NCBI RefSeq assembly: GCF_009914755.1
Contig: NC_060926.1
Strand: one strand, 5' to 3'
From: the human T2T-CHM13v2.0 reference genome, Homo sapiens
Length of the DNA: 64,000 nucleotides
Numbering within the stretch: position 1 is the first letter of the stretch; every line of letters begins with the position of its first letter. Both the position numbers and the translations under genes were made by a program. Below, piece after piece: positions 56,381 to 64,000 of the stretch. Under the pieces are notes generated by a model. The model saw nothing but the letters and a program-made list of their open reading frames with translations. It searched no databases and was not told where the DNA came from.

Positions 56381-56879
56381 AGTTTTTTTGAACTTATAAT
56401 TTTGCTGGGTAGGAAGAAAAATCTTATTAGATACCAAGGTTCAGGAGTGGAAACTTTTCAGCTCAGACTAGGTAGTACTGGGAACTTTTCCTATTTAAAA
56501 CTCTTGAAAGAAAACACACTGCCATTCTGCCTTATCTTTTTAAGACTTTGGGGTGGCTGACAGCAAAAAAAGTGAGCAAAGGTGGAGAGGTCTGGGATCA
56601 AAGCAAGCTTAATCTATAACCAAAGTAGTGATGTGTCATATTCCTGATTCCCAATGCTGAAGTCTCTTACTTGCAGATTGTTCCCCTGGCTTTATTTCTG
56701 GGGTGTCATAGCTAAGATCTTCACCCCATGACAGTGGCCTAAGCTTCCAATGGGTTGAATCAGAGTTTTTAACCATTCCATAGGAGACCATAGGTTTGGG
56801 GGATAAGGTTGCTGACAGCAGGAACACATTTTCCACTTTTATTTGCATGTGGGTTACACAGTCTCCTTCTGGCTACTTG

Positions 56880-57305
56880 CCTCATTCATTTATTCTACTA
56901 ATATTTGTTGGGTACCTACTGTGCATCAGGCAATGTCCTGGATACGGAAGACAGGAAAACAATCTGTCCTCAGGGAGGTCTCATACCACCAGGAAGACAA
57001 ACGAATAAGTCCAGGAAGTGATTGTATAAAGTTCTGGGGAAAAATGAAGAAGATTGAAGGCCCAGAGTGTCCAAGTCGGGGCTGAGGTGGCCGTGGTGGC
57101 TATCTTAGATAGGATGGCTGAGTGAAGCAGCATCTGAGTGAAGGGAGAGTCTTTCTAGGCAGGGGAATAACAAGGACAAAGGCCTTGAGGGGCAAATAAG
57201 CTTATTATGTTCCAGAAACAGTAAGAAGGGAAGAGATTAGTGAGTGATGAGCCCAGAGAGCCCTGTTGGGGCCAGGTCCCGTGGCCTCGCCGGTCATAGG
57301 AGAAA
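56880..57305 (-). mobile_element. L2 3' fragment
   Basis: tcattcatttattctactaatatttgttgggtacctactgtgcatcaggc...caaggacaaaggccttgagg. Confidence 0.75.
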
Positions 57306-57307
57306 GC

Positions 57308-58035
<728 letters not shown>

Positions 58036-58039
58036 GTGT

Positions 58040-58985
58040 GTGACTAATATTTATTGATTGTCTAGGTACTAAGCATTCTTCTTCTAGGCATGTAGATGTA
58101 GCAATGGATAAGATAAGTCTTTGCCTTCCTAGAGTTTACATTTTGGTGGGGGTAGACAGATGACAGGTAAGTAAGCAAATAAAATATAATATAAAGTCAG
58201 GTAGTTGTAAGTGCTATGAATAAAAATAAAGTAGAATAAGGAAATACAGTACAGTGGCGATGCAGTTTTGGGTGGGATGGTCTAGGAAGGCCTTCTGAAG
58301 GGGTGGCTTTGGTCGTATAACTGAATGAATTGAAGAAGAGAGTTGTGTGAAGGTCTGTGGTAGGACTAGTCGAAAGGGACTGCAGTGCAAAGGCCCTGAG
58401 GCAGGAGTGAAATGGCATCCCTAGGGAGCCAGCAAGGAGGTCATAGTGGCTGGAGCTGAGTGGGAGCTGCTGGAGGGCCTGCAGGCCTTGGCAAGGAGTT
58501 GAGCTTTCATTCAGTGGAAGCTGGGGAGCTGACGACTTTGAGTGGAGGAATGACATGATCTGACTTAGGTTCTCAAAGGAGCAATCTCACTGCTGTGTGG
58601 ATAGTGGATTGTAGGGGTTGGTAGAGTGGAAGTGAGGAGACTGCTGAGAAAGCCTGTGTAGCAGGGGAGAGGTGGGGCTGGCTTAGGATGGTGGCAGAGG
58701 ATGGGAGTGGTCAGATCCTGGGTGCATTCTGAGCCACAAGATTTACTGATGGTTTGACTGTGGGATGAGAGAGAGATAGTCAAGGGTACCTGTAAGAGTT
58801 CTGGACTGAGTAATCAGTCAACTGCGATGAGAGGGAAATAGGGCCAGGAACAGATGGGGCGTGGTGGAGCTGGGCAGGGGGCTCAAGGTAAACCCTTGGG
58901 AACCACACATTTAGATGGAATTTAAAGCCACGGGACTGGACGAGCTCATGGAGGAAAAGAGTTAGCGATGGAGAAGATAAGGTTG
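58040..58985 (-). mobile_element. L2 (L2a-like)
   Basis: aatatttattgattgtcta...gccttcctagagtttacatt...gtgcaaaggccctgaggcagga...tgacatgatctgactta. Confidence 0.85.
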
Positions 58986-60112
58986 CCGCATGTGCTGGGC
59001 GTGACGCTCTGCTTCTCTCCGTTTTTTTGTTTTAACATGAGGGAAATAACTGATATAAAATTCCTTCTCTAGTGGAGCTAACTTGTCACATGGCAAAACC
59101 TCTTTCCCCCATCAAAAAGGGTAAGGTGCCTTTGTTATCTCCACACACCAGATGCAGGCACTCAAAGGGCTGTGTGTGGCTCATGTGCTTATCAGCAGCT
59201 TTTCTTACATAAAGCCCCTCACACTTGTCTTTTTGTCCTTTCTCTTCCCCTTTTGCCTTGTTAACCTGTGTTGACAAAATATGCAGTGAGGCCAAAATCA
59301 AAGCACACAATATTTTTATTCTCCCCGCAAGAATGTTTGCCCCACAGATCTGCTTTTAGAGGAAGATAAAGAAGAAAATACCAGTTTGCTCCTGGCTTGT
59401 ACCAAAAACCACGTTGCGCATTCTTCCAGCTACACTGGAAGAGTGAGAGGCAGCCCATCAACTTCTCGGAGAGTTCTGTGCTTGAAAGAGTGTTTGTGGT
59501 TTGCCTGTTTCTCCAACAGCAGATTTGTAAGGGAAATCTGCTGTTGGAGAATATTCAAAAAGTTTGGTGTGGAAACCAGGTATTACTGGTTTCTTGCCTC
59601 CACTCTGGTGCTGGTCACCAACAGATTCTTGTCCCCTTGAAGAAATGGTGCCAGGGACACTCTGGGTGCTTCTCTGGCAGGAAGAACACTTCTACCCTGG
59701 GAACCCCAGGACCATGCAGAATCCCCACGCCCTCTAGGGGTCATAAGTAGCCAGTGCTTCAATGTGCTCCTGGTGGAGGTCCCAAGGTGGCACGAGGAGA
59801 CCACATGAGTTCTCCTGAAGACCCTTTAGTATTTCCTCCAAGTTTCATTTTCCAGACTCTGGTATTCTCCAAGGCACCAAGGAATGGCATTTTGTTTTGA
59901 CTGAAGGTAAGATTTATGGCAAATAAGATAAAGATTCTTATCTTAAAGAAAATTCCAGGAGGGCATGCTGGGGTTTATTGGTGAAGTGGGACGGTCAATC
60001 TGCACGTCTCTCTCCCAGCTTCCTCATAATGACTTTTCAATGCTTTTTACATCCAGTGGAGACTCTCTCCAAAATGCTTGTTTAAACCCAGGTCACCAGA
60101 GGGTGCGTCTGA

Positions 60113-60411
60113 TCTGCACTGTCAGCTGTGGTAGCCATTAACTACCATGTGAAATGTGGCTAGTCAGAATTGAGATGTTTTGTAAGTTCAAAATACACAC
60201 CAGATTTCAAAGGCTAAGTATGGATACAAAAGTAATATACTTTATTAGTATTTTTGTATATTGATAACATGCTAAATTGATAATATCTGGGAGATGTTAG
60301 GTTAAAAATATTGTTAAAGTTAATTTTATCTGTTTCTTTTTATTTTTATGCAAGAAAATTTAAAATTACATCAAGTATAGCTTGTATGCTATTTCTCCCT
60401 AGACATTGCGG
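60113..60411. mobile_element. MER33-like hAT-Charlie MITE
   Basis: ctgcactgtc...gaaatgtggctagtcagaattgagatg...aaatacacaccagatttcaaag...agaaaatttaaaattaca. Confidence 0.85.
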
Positions 60412-60584
60412 TGCTAAGGAGCAATAGAGGAAGTCCCCTTGGAGCCACAGGAGACTTGCCATAAGGAATGGTGTTTCCAGAGTGCAAATGTGGCCTGCCA
60501 CTCCACAGTGTGAAACACTCCAGAGGCCCTGCAGTAAAGCCCAGTCCCAGTAGCACGACTTGCAAGGCCCACTATGAGGCTCTG

Positions 60585-60684
60585 TGACTCAATTACCTTC
60601 TATTAGGCTCCACCTCCCAACACAGTTGCATTGAGGATTACTTTTCCACCACATGAATCTGGGGGAAACATTCAAACCATAGCA
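60585..60684 (-). mobile_element. MST/MLT1A LTR terminal fragment
   Basis: ccacctcccaacacagttgcattgaggatta...acattcaaaccatagca. Confidence 0.75.
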
Positions 60685-60702
60685 GGATGTTTCATAAAAG
60701 GG

Positions 60703-61052
60703 TGCTGTGGTCTGAATGTTTGTGTCCCTGTCTAAATTCATATGCTGAGATCCTAATTCCCAAGGTGACAGTGATGGGAGGCAGGGCCTCTGAGAAGTGA
60801 TTAGGTCATGAGGGTGGAGCTCTTGTGAATGAGGTTGGAGCTTTTCTAAAAGATGCCTCAGAGAAACCCCTTGCCCTTTCCACCATGTGAGAAAGATGCT
60901 GTCTAAGAACCAGGAAGCCAGCCCTCACCAGACGTTAACTCTGCCAGCACCTTGATCTTGGACCTCCCAGAACTGTTAGGAATAAATTTCTGTTGCTTAT
61001 AAGCCACCCACTCTGAGGTATTTTCTTATAGCAGCCTAAGGAGACTAAGACA
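60703..61052 (+). mobile_element. MLT1A0 solo LTR
   Basis: tgctgtggtctgaatgtttgtgtccc...aataaatttctgttgcttataagccaccc...gactaagaca. Confidence 0.9.
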
Positions 61053-61183
61053 GGGGTGAAGCATTTTCTTCTCTTGCAGATTGTCAAAACAACAACGACG
61101 GTGACAATGGCAGCACCTGTTGGTTGGTATCCAAGGTGTCATGCCAAGAAATTTCACACTTGACTCTCCTCTTAAAAGGCCAT

Positions 61184-61557
61184 TGTATTAGTTCCTTTTC
61201 ATACTTCTATAAAGTACTGCCTGAGACTGGGTAATTTATAAAGGAAAGAGGTTTAATTGACTCCCAGATCAGCATCACTGGGGAGGCCTCAGGAATCTTA
61301 CAATCATGGCAGAAGGTGAAGGGGAAGCAAGGCACCTTCTTTACACGGTGGCAGGAGAAGAAATGCCAAGCGAAGGGGAAAGAGCTCCTTATAAAACCAT
61401 CAGATCTCATGAGAACTCACTCTCACGAGAACGGCATAGGGGAAACCCCCTCCATGATTCAATTGCCTCCACCTGATCTCTCCCTTGACACGTGGGGATT
61501 ATGAGGATTACAATTCAAGATGAAATCTGAGTGGGGACACAAAGCCTAACCATATCA
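61184..61557 (-). mobile_element. THE1C-like solo LTR
   Basis: tgtattagt...ctcccttgacacgtggggattat...acaaagcctaaccatatca; TSD gccat/gcctt. Confidence 0.92.
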
Positions 61558-61739
61558 GCCTTCTCTGGTTTTTTAAAGTTGTCCATGTGGTCTAACCCTT
61601 GAGTCTTCATTCTCTCCTCAATATGAGATAATAGCAACATTCCTCCCTGGTTCTCTGGGAGAGCAGCTAAGGGTCAAGTGCTTTGTTAGGCGAGTGGACT
61701 GAAGCTAATCCATGTAGGAACGGAGGAAGGAAGCAATGT

Positions 61740-61930
61740 TTTTGGGCTTCTTCTATGTACCAGGGACCGACTGACTCTTCAGATCCATGTTTCATTAAAT
61801 CCTCATGACAGCCCCGCGAACAGGTGTCATCATTGATATGTAACAGACAAGGAAGGCACATCGTTGTGAGGCTAAGTGACATCATCAAGGGCCTTAGGAA
61901 GTGGCGGAGCTGTGCTTAGAGTTCTTGTCT
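61740..61930 (-). mobile_element. MIR
   Basis: ctatgtaccagg...ttcattaaatcctcatgacagccc...acagacaaggaagg...gctaagtgac. Confidence 0.65.
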
Positions 61931-62736
61931 ATGTCCTTTCTTAATTTAGGGAGTTTCTTTTCCTTTTGTCACATTCCCGCTGTTACTCCCTGCTGCTGTG
62001 TCATGAGTAACAAGTGTCAGTTTCTTGCTTGTCACTTGTAATTTGCTGCTTTTGATTTGCTCTAAGCGGAAGATGAGAAACTCCAGCGTGTTCAATTGCT
62101 GTTCAACAGGGAGGCCTGGGGCAATTGCTGTGTGTCTTGCTCTGCATCTCTAGGCCTTTAAAGAAACCCAGGCTGTTGACTCTCAGGCACCAGGCAGCAC
62201 ATACGCTTTATCCGCTGCGGCTACTCCTCCAGGTTTCGGTATTCACCCAGGACCCCTCCCACCTGCCAGCACCAATCGGAGGTTGTTGTTCTTGTCTGCC
62301 TGGTGTTTGAATCCTCTGGCTCCCAGCAACTAGTGTAGGCTGATTTTTTGATTTGATGCTGTGTGCATCCTCTTTTCTGGCTTACTCTCTTCCTCTCAAT
62401 GTGCCCATTTCCTAATTTTTTTTTGCATTTGCAGCTCTGAAGAAGTGAGAGTTTTGCTGTCAGCCCCAGGCCCACAATTCTACTTCATGGACTAGATTAG
62501 ACTCCAGGGACATGTGGGACAATCAGGAACTGTATTTAGTGGCTTGGCCACTCAGGGGCCAAGTTCTTTGCCTTCTTAACTGTAGCTGGATTCTGGAGAC
62601 TTAAAGTTGTCTGAAGTTTGAAACATTATTGCGTGTAACTGTGGCTAGTTTTCAGAATGTATTAATAAATATATACATATTTGCTTGGACAATATAAGTA
62701 TACTTGAAATTTTAAAGGTATGTGTGCCTGTGGGTT

Positions 62737-62740
<4 letters not shown>

Positions 62741-62784
<44 letters not shown>

Positions 62785-62826
62785 TATGTATGTATGTGTA
62801 TATATATATATACATATATATATATA
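62741..62826. repeat. (TG)17 plus (TA)/(TATG) compound microsatellite
   Basis: Direct reading; uninterrupted pyrimidine-purine alternation. Confidence 0.97.
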
Positions 62827-64000
62827 ATTTTTGATGTTGTATTCTTGTGCTCAAACCACTGGACTAATGTGTCTAGTTAAACCATTGAAATAGAAGTTTC
62901 ACTGGGAAGAATGGAAATGGACCCCAGGCCCACCACGGTGGAGGGGCACCGGGATGGAGTTCGTTATCTTTAAAGTAAACTTAAGCCCTATGACTGGGCC
63001 TGCGTCCTCAGCCCAGGTTGATGTGGCTGTGGGATCAATTAGAGGAGTCATGGAACCCTGCGTCTTTCTTTGGGAAAGCTTCCCAGGATCCCTGCTTCAC
63101 TTTGCCCAGGTCTTTTCCTGCACTTCCTGTTTTGGGCTGGGCTGCCTCTGCTGCTGGCCTTTCCTTGTGGCTTCTTCCTGGGTCTTGCCCAGGGTCTGGA
63201 CGGTGGTACTCAGGAGCCTCACTGAGCTCTGGTGTTCCGTGGCAAAGCCTGCCTGGAAAGCGGGTGGGAGCTGGCCAGGCCAGGGACCCGGGGGCCAGAG
63301 AAGAGGGAAGAAGGGCACTGTAGGGCCAATAAAAAGGGAGGCTGGGAACATTCAAACATAGGTTTTCTTTTCTTCACCATTTTTTTCCTGTGTGTAGGTA
63401 AAAATCATGCCAGTCAGCATAATTCCTTTGTCAGGTGGAATAAGGATAAATGGATTTAATTTCTATTTTTGGATGCTGTTCTGTCTTTGCATTCCTTTTG
63501 TCTGAAACCCTTGATCAGCTGGAAGGGTTTGGCAGTACCGCATTTCAGAGCAAAGCGATGAATAGAGAAATAATTCATAAATAATAGATTCTAGTCTGAG
63601 GGAAATAGATGGCTGGTTTTCAGTTCTAAGAAGAAAAGGAGGGCTGCAAACAAATATTAACAGTACTTGACGCAAACATGAGGAGTTGTTTCCATCCCAG
63701 GCTTTCTCTGTGATGTCAATAACAGATAAACGGCCCACAGAGCTGACCAGCCGAAGACCAATGTGCCTCTCCTGACTTGTTGCAAATGCACAAAAACCAT
63801 ATGCGAAGCCATTTAGTTTTTGCTTTTCCTTTGCCAGGAAGAAAAAGTGAAAGGGGGCAAGTCAAAGTCTCTTCAAAATCCGATTTGGCTTTTTCCAATG
63901 GGATCATCTATCTTCCTTGTATCTAGTTTTGCCAGTTAAACACTAATGATGCACATTCGCAGATATGATCTGTGAGTGCAATTTATTTCTGAATTCAAGC

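Noticed and set aside
62954-63361. 135-aa ATG-initiated ORF
   Set aside because: Overlapping ORFs on both strands reflect local GC content; no domain or splice support.

Overview
Primate (very likely human) non-coding genomic DNA. By my rough tally about 60% is interspersed repeat. I see no supportable host protein-coding exon, RNA gene, CpG island, CRISPR array or prokaryotic system; ORF-track entries with recognisable sequence are L1, Tigger1, MaLR, Alu or microsatellite remnants. Main structures: (1) a ~6.7 kb minus-strand L1PB (8.8-15.6 kb) fused at a fossil junction to a 3'-deleted Tigger1 that carries an L1PA13-like insert and an AluY; (2) a complete two-LTR MSTB element with perfect TSD (25.7-28.5 kb); (3) a 15.7 kb nest (40.0-55.7 kb) in which a near full-length L1MA holds a full-length L1PA7-like element (with an Alu and an open antisense ORF0 homologue) and a two-LTR MSTA; (4) many solo LTRs, MIR, L2 and hAT MITEs. 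I could not support a new biological system. The best leads are probable templated DNA-repair or template-switch scars (a ~125 bp copy 2.6 kb away, an AT-only palindrome, a de novo 25-bp-stem hairpin, a 42-bp orphan insert with 13-bp flanking repeats), the ORF0 homologue, and repeat-free blocks with TALE/homeodomain motifs that may be enhancers. Repeat subfamily names come from recalled consensus sequences and need RepeatMasker/Dfam confirmation; boundaries of old elements are approximate.
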